Program-made: the position numbers and the translations under genes
IMG/VR virus record: IMGVR_UViG_3300042360_000150
Span: 1-29,873 of that record
Reading direction: 5' to 3' (one strand)
Source of the DNA: a virus
Lineage: Duplodnaviria > Caudoviricetes
Length of the DNA: 29,873 bases
In this document: in pieces, positions 1-7,417 of the stretch
Numbering within the stretch: position 1 is the stretch's first letter
How the letters are laid out: every line of letters starts with the position of its first letter
Notes under the pieces: model-generated
What the model was told of the DNA's origin: nothing
Seen by the model: only the letters and a program-made list of their open reading frames with translations
The model's database searches: none

Positions 1-97
1 ATACCCATTCGTCCCATTCGGTGTTGCTCCATTTGAGCTATGTGTCCACCCACCATTAAACACCAAGCGATACGCAGCGTCAAGGTCTCTCGGGTCT
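1..97. repeat. Terminal direct repeat, left copy (circular assembly overlap)
   Basis: 1-97 is identical to 29777-29873, and a reading frame runs through the junction. Confidence 0.97.
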
Positions 98-1653
98 TTC
101 AAGTTCCATTTGTGAGTTGATGCCGTACCACCTACAAACGGATAGATGGCCTTCATTTTAGTCCATAAGCCTTGAGCTTTTAAATCAGTGACAAGCGTGT
201 TGATTGCATTGGCTTGAGTTAAGTCAGTGATTTCAGCTGAATTCAAGAACGCTTGAGCATCGGCATCAGAAACGATAGGCACACCAACCTGACGGCCCAG
301 TGCTTGATTGAACGTTTGTACTCGGGTGTATAGGTTAGCTGCTTCGGTGTCGGTTAGGCCGTCTGCAATGTGAGCGAAAGCACTTTGTTTATTATCAAAA
401 TATAATGGTGCTGTATTATTGTTTAATGCACCTAAATAAACATTTTTATTTGTTCTTGTTGTAGGAGTATTTACAACATCAATCATTTTTATTCCGTTTT
501 TCCAACCTTGTTCTCTATTAATTGTATTTCTATTTGCTACATAGAATCCGTGAGTATCAGCATTTGTATAAAGTGCTGTGTATAAATTTTCATTTAAGTT
601 GCTATATGAAAAACCATTATTCCAACGAATTATTAAACTTGAATCACTTGCACCATCAAATGCACCCATTGACATTCGTGTTTCAGCAGCGCCACCAATA
701 GTTCTACTATAATAACCAAATGAGATGCTATTAGCCGATGAAAACACGGATAAAGGCACTAACTTGGTATCAGCATATCCATTAGTTCCATTAGGCAAAG
801 CCCCATTACTTGAATGCGTCCATCCTCCGTTGAATACTAATCGGAAAGCAGCGTCTGAATCAACAGGATTGACAAGGTTGAATTTGAATTGTGATGCAAT
901 GAATGCTTGTTGTGTTGTTGCGATTGGTTGGTAGGTTGTTGCAGTTGAGCCAAGTTCGAGTTGTGCTCCCCAAAAATAAATTCCATTTCCTACTACCCCA
1001 ACATAAGTAAATACATTGTCACCATTCATAATGTAAGTTACAGGATAAATACTTCCTGTTCCAACATTACCACTCACAGTACAACGATACCACCCATTAC
1101 CTGCATTAGATATTGTAGCAGTAGTTCCTGAGGTAGTAATACCTACAGTTCCTGTTGTTAAATTAAAATTTGCACCTACTCCAATTGTACCACCTTCAAT
1201 GTTTAAAAAAGCCCAATTTCTTTCCGCAGCTTTTAAATAAACGGAGTAAGTATATGTTGTTGCAGTTGGTGTTGATATAGTAGGTAACGCACGTGTTTGT
1301 CTAAACGTATTGGCGGTTGTGCTTTCTGCCATTTTATCTGCTGTTGTACTTCCATTTGGAGCAGTAATAGCATCAGTTGTGATAGTACAATTTTGTTTTT
1401 GCCAATAAACATTGCTAAAATCCTCAGTATAACTCAACAAATTCCTATTGTCAGTAACAAACGGATACACAGCCTTCATCTTCGACCAAATACCATCGGT
1501 CTTGAGGCCTTTGACAAGGTTGTTGATAGCAGCTTGTTGTGTTGCTCCAGTGATGCCCGTTGCCGCAAAGTATGCCTGAGCAGCTGGGTCAAATCCGCTA
1601 CCACTACCCAAGAACGGGGTGCGGTTATAAAGTGAATATCCGAAGCCGTACAT
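1..1653 (-). CDS. 5' part (551 codons) of a ~710-aa putative head spike/fibre (receptor- or carbohydrate-binding) protein; continues at 29776-29297
   Basis: Missing from the ORF track. Manual translation from ATG 1653 (MYGFGYSLYNRTPFLGSGSGFDPAAQAYF...) is open to base 1 and joins the 29297 ORF in frame. Two copies of a conserved module plus an inserted CBM-like domain (NLLSYTEDFSN..YSVYLKAAE..GNGWYRC..FWGAQLELGSTATTYQP). The ATG overlaps the upstream stop (TAATG). Confidence 0.8.
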   Translation of the reverse strand, partial: MYGFGYSLYNRTPFLGSGSGFDPAAQAYFAATGITGATQQAAINNLVKGLKTDGIWSKMKAVYPFVTDNRNLLSYTEDFSNVYWQKQNCTITTDAITAPNGSTTADKMAESTTANTFRQTRALPTISTPTATTYTYSVYLKAAERNWAFLNIEGGTIGVGANFNLTTGTVGITTSGTTATISNAGNGWYRCTVSGNVGTGSIYPVTYIMNGDNVFTYVGVVGNGIYFWGAQLELGSTATTYQPIATTQQAFIASQFKFNLVNPVDSDAAFRLVFNGGWTHSSNGALPNGTNGYADTKLVPLSVFSSANSISFGYYSRTIGGAAETRMSMGAFDGASDSSLIIRWNNGFSYSNLNENLYTALYTNADTHGFYVANRNTINREQGWKNGIKMIDVVNTPTTRTNKNVYLGALNNNTAPLYFDNKQSAFAHIADGLTDTEAANLYTRVQTFNQALGRQVGVPIVSDADAQAFLNSAEITDLTQANAINTLVTDLKAQGLWTKMKAIYPFVGGTASTHKWNLKDPRDLDAAYRLVFNGGWTHSSNGATPNGTNGY

Positions 1654-1925
1654 TATCCAAGTACTAACGCAACCGAACCACTTGCAAGTTTCACTCCGCT
1701 GAACTGAAGGTTATTGATCGGTGTGATGATTGCACCAGCTTTCACGGCAGTTCCAGTCGCTGCGATGTACGATGACTTGACATCAGTGCCAGCCACTTTG
1801 ATTGATGTGAATACAGTATCCTCAAGCACTACAATAGCGTCGATGGTGTTAGTTACTTCGGTTGTGTTGTTGGCAATGTATGTGCCCATGTCGGCGACAA
1901 GTTCGCCCATTAGATTTGTTCCCAT
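1653..1925 (-). CDS. Small beta-rich virion protein, putative head spike base (RcGTA Rcc01079/GhsA-like)
   Basis: 90 aa and beta-strand-rich (AGAIITP..FSGVKLASGSVALV), translationally coupled to the fibre gene, and preceded by the late motif. The family call is by size, composition and context. Confidence 0.5.
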   Translation of the reverse strand: MGTNLMGELVADMGTYIANNTTEVTNTIDAIVVLEDTVFTSIKVAGTDVKSSYIAATGTAVKAGAIITPINNLQFSGVKLASGSVALVLG

Positions 1926-1934
1926 TGTTTTTCT

Positions 1935-1962
1935 TTATATTGCAAATTGTCAGCCAAATGTT
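1935..1962 (-). promoter_or_regulatory. Putative late promoter A, AACA-N13-TTGCAATATAA
   Basis: Minus strand AACA TTTGGCTGACAAT TTGCAATATAA, 9 nt before ATG 1925. One of four copies. Confidence 0.8.
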
Positions 1963-3122
1963 TAGAAGGCGAAATAGCTGTCATCGGTGTAGTACTCCTG
2001 GCGTATGTGCGTGGCAGCGTAGCGGACGGCATCCATGGCATCATCGAACAGCTTCACGGGCTCATCGGTTATGATGTCACCGACCTTTTTCCATTTGTAG
2101 TTCTCATACTCTTTCTTGATGCGTGGCTCATCCTCGCAGACCACTCCGAATGTCTTGATGTTGTCGATGCCCTTCTTGACCACCTTGTTTGCGTTCTGCA
2201 CGTCATAGCCAGCGTTGTTCATCTCGGCAATGATTTCAGGGCGAGCGTAGTCAGCCACGATGGTCACATACTTCTCGATGCCCAGGTTGCCCATCTTGTC
2301 GATGAGGTTGGTGGTGGTCAGGTAGCTCTCGTATATCACCGGCTCGATGTAGATGTCATTGTCGCACCAGTAGACTCGCATGAGGGCTGTTGGATGATTG
2401 TACCCAAAATCGCATCCGTATACAAAGTTTACAAACCTTGCCGGGCGATGCTTGACGAATGTCCAGTTCGAGTAGATGTTGCTCTTGCTGATGGCTTTCT
2501 CTCCGAGCGCATAGATTTGATACAAGGCCTCATCAGTGCGCTTGAGGTCCTCAATCTGTCGCTTGATGCTGTCAGGGAGGAATGGGTTGTCCTTGTACGT
2601 TGACTTAATGATGACGCTCTCATCCATCGGCAGCTCATATAGCCAGGATGCTGACTCACTCGGGTTGTAGTCAAATATGAGCTTGTGCTCGGTCCTCATG
2701 TTCAGCTGCTGGAAGTCCTCGAACCATAGCTCATTGGCTTCATTGCACCAGCCAAGATGTCTCTTTCTACCGCGTATTTTTTGCTCATCATCGACTGAAA
2801 AGAACTCCACGATGCTTCCATTCGGGAAGGTGTAGATGTGCTCTGACTTGTTGTGGCTCGTCACCTCATAGATGCCCATCTCCTTCATGATTTCAAAGAA
2901 GTCACGCATGACAGTTGCCCTGAGAGCTGGGAAGGTCTTGCGCACGATGCTGACCACATTGCCAGGATTCTGCAAGCAGTACACCACGATCATTTGGCAA
3001 AGCGAGTAGGTCTTGCTCGAGCGGCTGCCACCCTCATTGATGATGAAGCGCACACCAGGGTCAGCCAATGCTGTATAGTTCTTTTCGAAGATGACAGTGC
3101 TGTCGATTGAGATTTCAGCCAT
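1962..3122 (-). CDS. terL: Terminase large subunit (PBSX/Terminase_3 type)
   Basis: Walker A GGSRSSKT, Walker B WCNEANE, YNP, STYKDNPFL, nuclease GCDFGYNHP and DDAMDAVRYA. Confidence 0.95.
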   Translation of the reverse strand: MAEISIDSTVIFEKNYTALADPGVRFIINEGGSRSSKTYSLCQMIVVYCLQNPGNVVSIVRKTFPALRATVMRDFFEIMKEMGIYEVTSHNKSEHIYTFPNGSIVEFFSVDDEQKIRGRKRHLGWCNEANELWFEDFQQLNMRTEHKLIFDYNPSESASWLYELPMDESVIIKSTYKDNPFLPDSIKRQIEDLKRTDEALYQIYALGEKAISKSNIYSNWTFVKHRPARFVNFVYGCDFGYNHPTALMRVYWCDNDIYIEPVIYESYLTTTNLIDKMGNLGIEKYVTIVADYARPEIIAEMNNAGYDVQNANKVVKKGIDNIKTFGVVCEDEPRIKKEYENYKWKKVGDIITDEPVKLFDDAMDAVRYAATHIRQEYYTDDSYFAF

Positions 3123-3141
3123 AGGTCAAGTTTAGGCAATA

Positions 3142-3181
3142 GGGATGCTATACGAGTATTTCTCTCATATAGCCACTTCCC
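3142..3181 (-). promoter_or_regulatory. Stem-loop in the terS-terL intergenic region
   Basis: Minus strand GGGA AGTG GCTATATGAG AGAAATA CTCGTATAGC A TCCC: 10-bp stem with one G-U plus an outer GGGA/TCCC pair, and no U-tract. Confidence 0.6.
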
Positions 3182-3182
3182 A

Positions 3183-3190
3183 CAAATATA
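3183..3190 (-). promoter_or_regulatory. Bacteroidota -7 promoter element upstream of terL
   Basis: TATATTTG matches the TAnnTTTG consensus and lies in the intergenic gap. Confidence 0.5.
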
Positions 3191-3199
3191 GCAATAATA

Positions 3200-3622
3200 C
3201 TATTCAGTAGGTCTAATTATGTTCACCTTCACCTCGGAGATGCTCTGCCCTCCAGAAGTGATGTCAGTCTTTTCAGTCAGACCATTCAGTCGCTGAGTGA
3301 TGGAAGGGTTGTACTGCCCAGCCATGCCTCCCTCGATTTGGTCTTGCTTGATGGTTGCCTCTATCGTGCGACAGATTGTGGCGTAAGCTGAATATCTCCC
3401 CTCGCTGTTTGCGAAATAATCTTCCACGCTCTTATGCTTCTCTGCTGCCCATGAACGGAATCCAACCATTGTAAGTGGTCTCTCGAGCGGTACCGGCACA
3501 GGCTCTCCAGTCTTATTGGAAAGCTGATACTGGTATCTCGGATTGTCTTTGCACCATTTGCGGAACTCAACAAAGAGTTGCCACATATCTTCTGGTGTTT
3601 CTATGTGTTTTACTCTTCCCAT
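3200..3622 (-). CDS. terS: Terminase small subunit, P22 gp3-like
   Basis: MGR..IETPEDMW..F..W..DNP, RPLTMVGF, QIEGGMAGQYNPSITQRLNGL; adjacent to terL. Confidence 0.85.
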   Translation of the reverse strand: MGRVKHIETPEDMWQLFVEFRKWCKDNPRYQYQLSNKTGEPVPVPLERPLTMVGFRSWAAEKHKSVEDYFANSEGRYSAYATICRTIEATIKQDQIEGGMAGQYNPSITQRLNGLTEKTDITSGGQSISEVKVNIIRPTE

Positions 3623-4098
3623 TATATCAATCCTAAGCCTTTAAGTTTACTTTCTGCCCAATCCTTACCAGTTTTACCACCCCACAGAAGGAATGAAACG
3701 TATCCGCAGTCCTCAGGTGCAGCGTTGTCATAGTAGACCTCTGCTCTCGATAGGTATGAATACATCCTTTTGATTGTATCCACTGAAATGGGTTCCTTGT
3801 TTGCGAGCTGCTGTCCTCTGACCTTGCCGACTTGAGTTGCGCACTTGTTGCCGAGTTCTTTGTTGAGCTCGATTCCTCTGCGTGCGTTGTTGCGCACAGA
3901 ATCAGGATAGTCTGAGTAGCTTTTCTCTGCGAATGCTTCTCTGTACTTTGATAGTGCGGTCATTCTTGACTCATCCCACAAGGAATTGCACACAGCATAT
4001 CGCTGGTCATTCTCAGGGAAGTCCTGGAGTGCCTCCTCATCGCCCATGCAGCGAGAGAGAAAATCATCCTTGGTTTCGTTTGGTGTTGGCTTTGGCAT
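3622..4098 (-). CDS. Conserved phage hypothetical protein (158 aa; probable start MPKP at 4098)
   Basis: A-rich leader before ATG 4098. Contains PKP..ETKDDFLSRCM..QRYAVC and YSDYP..VRNNARRG..ATQVGKVRGQQLAN.EPIS..TIKRMYSYLSR..LLWGG motifs. Stop overlaps the terS start. Confidence 0.7.
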   Translation of the reverse strand: MPKPTPNETKDDFLSRCMGDEEALQDFPENDQRYAVCNSLWDESRMTALSKYREAFAEKSYSDYPDSVRNNARRGIELNKELGNKCATQVGKVRGQQLANKEPISVDTIKRMYSYLSRAEVYYDNAAPEDCGYVSFLLWGGKTGKDWAESKLKGLGLI

Positions 4099-4354
4099 TG
4101 GTTTTTCTTTTTCGTGTTGGTTTTGGTGTTGGTGCTGGAGCTTCAGTCTGCTCATCTGCCTCGATGCCTTCATATCGAATGCATTGTTCTGGTGCAGTTG
4201 TGCTGACGTTCTCCTCTTCGAACAAATAGCCGAATCCGATGCTCACATAGTGTCGGTATCTGTTCACATCTATATTGTCAACAACGATTGTCATGTTTCC
4301 GAGCGTGGTGTTCTTGACGATAGTCTTGCCCTTGTACTCATCTTTTATTTTCAT
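4064..4354 (-). CDS. Hypothetical protein (96 aa, basic C-terminal tail)
   Basis: Packed ORF overlapping both neighbours in the operon. Confidence 0.65.
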   Translation of the reverse strand: MKIKDEYKGKTIVKNTTLGNMTIVVDNIDVNRYRHYVSIGFGYLFEEENVSTTAPEQCIRYEGIEADEQTEAPAPTPKPTRKRKTNAKANTKRNQG

Positions 4355-4871
4355 AGTGTATGGTTTTAAGTGTGTTTTTTATGTCTGCGATTAGGTAGTG
4401 TGCTGAGGTGTTTGGTATATTGAAGTAACTCGCCATAGATCGTGCCGTTGTGAGTCCCTTGTCGAAGTATGCATTGGCGACTGCAATCTTGACGTTGTCT
4501 GTGAGACCATCTCGGTAGATGTCCACCGATGACTTCCATCCCTGGTATTGCTGTTCGATTGCGATTTTGTAGTTGAGGTCCTCCCCATCATCGAAAGTGT
4601 CCGGAACTGCGAGTTCTGATGCCAGGATTCGCTCATCCTTGAAGCTGTTGACGTTCTTCCAAATTACTTGCCGCTTGATTGAGTTGAGGATATAGCTCTT
4701 GACCTTGCCGACATCCTCTGTATTGTCATTGATTTCGATGCAGTGCAGATATGCGTTGGAGATGACCGTATCGATAGTTAGCTTCGGATTGTACTTGGAG
4801 CAGAAATACCTGGTGTATCGATACAGCTCCTCATAGTGAGACGATATGTAGCGGTCAAGCGTTGCCTTCAT
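4338..4871 (-). CDS. ECF-like sigma-70 family factor (regions 2 and 4), putative late-gene sigma
   Basis: 177 aa. Region-2-like YEELYRYTRYF..IDTVISNAYL..KSYILNSIKRQ and region-4 HTH-like LTDNVKIAVANAYFDKGLTTARSMASYFNIPNTSAHYLIADIKNTLK. Confidence 0.72.
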   Translation of the reverse strand: MKATLDRYISSHYEELYRYTRYFCSKYNPKLTIDTVISNAYLHCIEINDNTEDVGKVKSYILNSIKRQVIWKNVNSFKDERILASELAVPDTFDDGEDLNYKIAIEQQYQGWKSSVDIYRDGLTDNVKIAVANAYFDKGLTTARSMASYFNIPNTSAHYLIADIKNTLKTIHYENKR

Positions 4872-5055
4872 ACCAATTGATGAATTCCTTGTACCAGATT
4901 TTGCGTCTCAGCTGGGAGCAGAAGCATTCACGGTCAGGCTGCCCGGTCTCGTTGACCTTGATGCGCTTGAGCACGTTCAGCGTTCTCTTGCTGTATCGCT
5001 CTTGTTCAGGCATTGCCTTGACTGATGTGATATATTCTATTTGCTCTCTATCCAT
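4855..5055 (-). CDS. Hypothetical protein (66 aa, ECFCS motif; probable start MDRE)
   Basis: ATG 5055 overlaps the end of the upstream gene. The track's longer start overlaps another gene extensively. Confidence 0.6.
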   Translation of the reverse strand: MDREQIEYITSVKAMPEQERYSKRTLNVLKRIKVNETGQPDRECFCSQLRRKIWYKEFINWYEGNA

Positions 5056-5288
5056 TCGCTGATGATGTAGGCGACCATCGCTGTGATTGCTGCCGTATAT
5101 ATATTGCCAGAAAGTGCCAAAGCAGTCCAAAATGAGGTGCACTTCCAGCAACCAAAGCCAGCATGAATGTAATCACTGAGCTTGCCTTTTGGCAGTACCT
5201 TCATGAATAGAAGGTCAATCACCCAGTGCAGAGGCTCGAAGTTGGCAATGAGCCACCCGAGTGCGAGGTATGATAGTATCAGTTCCAT
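5037..5288 (-). CDS. Small membrane protein, DUF1360-like
   Basis: Hydrophobic helices with a GCWKCTSFW (CxxC-SxW) motif. Confidence 0.6.
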   Translation of the reverse strand: MELILSYLALGWLIANFEPLHWVIDLLFMKVLPKGKLSDYIHAGFGCWKCTSFWTALALSGNIYTAAITAMVAYIISEWIESK

Positions 5289-5383
5289 AGCTCAAAGATA
5301 AGTTTAAAAATCAATATGATAGCCACTGTGGTCACGAGTATCATCGTGGCGAGTGCTGCGCAGTATTCTTTGTCGGGTTTCAT
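5279..5383 (-). CDS. Small single-pass membrane protein (34 aa)
   Basis: Manual translation MKPDKEYCAALATMILVTTVAIILIFKLIFELWN; ATGA overlap with the upstream gene. Confidence 0.55.
   Translation of the reverse strand: MKPDKEYCAALATMILVTTVAIILIFKLIFELWN
5293..5300 (-). promoter_or_regulatory. Bacteroidota -7 promoter element for the sigma/terS operon
   Basis: TATCTTTG, 4 nt before ATG 5288. Confidence 0.5.
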
Positions 5384-5538
5384 TGTTCGTCGTTTACTAT
5401 TTCTAATGTTCCATCAAAATGATATCCTGTTAGCTTCAGTAGCTTATCCAAGTGATAAACCAAGTCCTCAAGAGTTACATCCTCGTGTTCGAACTCATAG
5501 CTGGATTTGTGTCCGTAGTGGGTTATTTCTATTTTCAT
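5380..5538 (-). CDS. Hypothetical protein (52 aa)
   Basis: Manual translation MKIEITHYGHKSSYEFEHEDVTLEDLVYHLDKLLKLTGYHFDGTLEIVNDEQ, with an A-rich leader. Confidence 0.65.
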   Translation of the reverse strand: MKIEITHYGHKSSYEFEHEDVTLEDLVYHLDKLLKLTGYHFDGTLEIVNDEQ

Positions 5539-5575
5539 TTTTCTTTACATTTCGTTTTAAGTTATGTGGCAATTT

Positions 5576-5833
5576 TTACCCCTTATACTTGTCCATGTTG
5601 CTTAACTCAATTAAAGCGGCTTTTTGTGCTTGCTTCAAATCTGCTTTGAGCTTCTCAATATACAGAGTGGCATCCATCAATTCCTCCTGGAGATGATTCA
5701 ACCAATCGGTGAGGCTCAGGTCATCACGATCTAAAGTGCGCCCATATTTTTTGATGCCGAGCTGGCTGCGCTCATAATACTTAGCGAGCACCTTGAGTAC
5801 GATTGGGTCAGTTAAGTGCTGCGGTTTGCTCAT
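5576..5833 (-). CDS. Small all-alpha protein, MazG-like/NTP-pyrophosphatase-like
   Basis: RSQLGIKKYG..L..DWLNHLQEELMDATLY, containing an EExxD acidic motif. Confidence 0.55.
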   Translation of the reverse strand: MSKPQHLTDPIVLKVLAKYYERSQLGIKKYGRTLDRDDLSLTDWLNHLQEELMDATLYIEKLKADLKQAQKAALIELSNMDKYKG

Positions 5834-5996
5834 AGAATTCCTCTGGTGTTACTTCGGAGATGTGAACTTCATCCGAAAAAGTTAGTACTATGCAATAAGA
5901 GCAGCCCTTGAGTTCATTCAATAGGTCCTCCAATCGCTTCACGATGTTGTCAAGTCCCTCATTTCTGGTGCCAATATATCCGATGAAGTATCTCAT
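5808..5996 (-). CDS. Hypothetical protein (62 aa)
   Basis: ATGA-coupled ORF within the operon. Confidence 0.6.
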   Translation of the reverse strand: MRYFIGYIGTRNEGLDNIVKRLEDLLNELKGCSYCIVLTFSDEVHISEVTPEEFYEQTAALN

Positions 5997-6202
5997 TTCA
6001 TTAGGAAGTTGAAGGCTTGGATATAGAACTCATCTCCCACGCCATTACCTCTCATAAATCGGTTGACGGTGTAGTAATTGAGATTCATATCTTCAGCCAG
6101 GTGAGTCATCTTGTATCGACTTGAGAGTCGGGACCTCAACTCTTTGTAGATGAAGTCCCGAATGTTCTCGCCATCAGAAAGGTAAATCGTCATTGATTTC
6201 AT
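5993..6202 (-). CDS. XRE-like helix-turn-helix protein (start 6202 or 6193)
   Basis: YKMTHLAEDMNLNYYTVNRFMRG resembles an HTH_XRE core. Confidence 0.55.
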   Translation of the reverse strand: MKSMTIYLSDGENIRDFIYKELRSRLSSRYKMTHLAEDMNLNYYTVNRFMRGNGVGDEFYIQAFNFLMK

Positions 6203-6497
6203 CTGAGATTGGTTTTGATGGTGCTGCTGCTGATTCGATGCGGATATCCCATGCATTTAGGCTGACGTAGTATCTGCCATTGTACTCACGACCTCTCAAG
6301 TCGAACTTGACCTCACATTCTTGACCGACTTTGGCTCCATCCAGGAACTTCACTCTCTCATTAACAGCTTGAAATTGTACCAGCTGTGGATACTTGTCAC
6401 CGATTGAGAGAACGAACTCTCTGATGTTCATCTTGTCACTCACTTGTTTGGCTTCACCGAGTAGGTGAATGGTGCCTTTTGCTTTTAGCTCTTCCAT
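6174..6497 (-). CDS. DUF3127-family putative ssDNA-binding protein
   Basis: REFVL..DKYPQLVQFQ..V.FDLRGREYNGRYYVSLNAWDI and an SSB-type DDLPF C-terminus. Confidence 0.85.
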   Translation of the reverse strand: MEELKAKGTIHLLGEAKQVSDKMNIREFVLSIGDKYPQLVQFQAVNERVKFLDGAKVGQECEVKFDLRGREYNGRYYVSLNAWDIRIESAAAPSKPISDEINDDLPF

Positions 6498-6510
6498 TTT
6501 TATTTGTTAT

Positions 6511-6798
6511 TTATCGTTTTAATAATTTTTTTACTAAGTATTCTTTATATTCATCAACTTCCCAAGGTAGTTCATGCTCAGATTTGCTTTGAATAATTGC
6601 TTCTGCTTGCATCCTGGCGATTGAATTAATCAACTCTTTATTTTCAGTTTTATTAGAATCTTTCATCCAATCTATAAATCTACCTATCATTTGAGTACTC
6701 GTCAAATCAGTTTTTTTAAGACATTCTTTCCATGATTTATGTTGATTTTCAGTAAGTCTAACGCTAATGAATTTTGTTTTCAATTGACTTGTTTTCAT
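6511..6798 (-). CDS. Putative ribbon-helix-helix DNA-binding protein (AT-rich gene)
   Basis: KTKFISVRLTENQHKSWKECLKKTDLTSTQMIGRFID fits a strand-helix-helix pattern. Confidence 0.55.
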   Translation of the reverse strand: MKTSQLKTKFISVRLTENQHKSWKECLKKTDLTSTQMIGRFIDWMKDSNKTENKELINSIARMQAEAIIQSKSEHELPWEVDEYKEYLVKKLLKR

Positions 6799-6799
6799 T

Positions 6800-7417
6800 T
6801 TACTTCTGATTCAATTGTTCGTAGTATTCATGATATAACTCTGATGCTTCTTTAAGGCGAGCAATCATCTTGGCCTCGATGTCTTCATCTCTGTCATACC
6901 AGAGAGCGGTGATGCGCTTCTCAGGATTGATGTGGTCGACTCTGTGCAGCTGGAGATTCTCGTATTCGTTGAGGAATTCATCCCAGGTGGTGACCATGCA
7001 ATATATCAGCTCAGCACATGGCTTGTCGTATAGCATCATGTATGCTCTGAGCTGCCATTCATAGAGTGGGTTGACTGCATCTTCCACAAGTGCCGGGAAT
7101 GTATCGAGTGACCAGGATGTTTTGACGTCAATGATGCGCTGCTCGATTACGATATCAGCAGTGCCGATGAGATAGTCATTCTCGATGGTGATATCATTCT
7201 TGATATAGTCAGTGAATCTCACCGAGTTGATGAGGTTGATGGACTCCAGCTCTTGCTCTCTACCCTTCCAGATGTATTTATTGTTGAGTTCTGTGGTGTA
7301 GTTGTAGAAATCTTCCTTTGCACACTGCTTGATGTAGCTCTTGGCTGTTTCTCCCATGCTGTCCTTGGCTCTGCCATTGGTCATCAGCTTACCGATTTGC
7401 GATGGATGCCATTTCAT
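6800..7417 (-). CDS. YqaJ/lambda-exonuclease-like PD-(D/E)xK nuclease
   Basis: PSQIGKLM, GREQE, GTADIV, IDVKTSW and YEWQLRAYM motifs; next to Erf. Confidence 0.85.
   Translation of the reverse strand: MKWHPSQIGKLMTNGRAKDSMGETAKSYIKQCAKEDFYNYTTELNNKYIWKGREQELESINLINSVRFTDYIKNDITIENDYLIGTADIVIEQRIIDVKTSWSLDTFPALVEDAVNPLYEWQLRAYMMLYDKPCAELIYCMVTTWDEFLNEYENLQLHRVDHINPEKRITALWYDRDEDIEAKMIARLKEASELYHEYYEQLNQK

Noticed and set aside
1-97. 97-bp terminal repeat as a biological terminal repeat
   Set aside because: It falls mid-gene and the frame reads through the join. This fits an assembler overlap of a circularly permuted genome, consistent with a P22-like TerS and headful packaging.
290-860. Diversity-generating retroelement (VR/TR pair) in the fibre repeats
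   Set aside because: No reverse transcriptase, both copies are coding, and the differences are synonymous and not confined to adenines.
1947-2603. Long antisense ORFs (1947-2603, 24335-24865, 23650-24111 and similar)
   Set aside because: Shadow frames of strongly supported minus-strand genes, with no motifs or initiation signals.
5562-5590. TTATGTGGCAATTTTTACCCCTTATAC, sharing TTTTACCC with the 13166 repeats
   Set aside because: Only an 8-nt match and no clear palindrome; too weak to link without a search.
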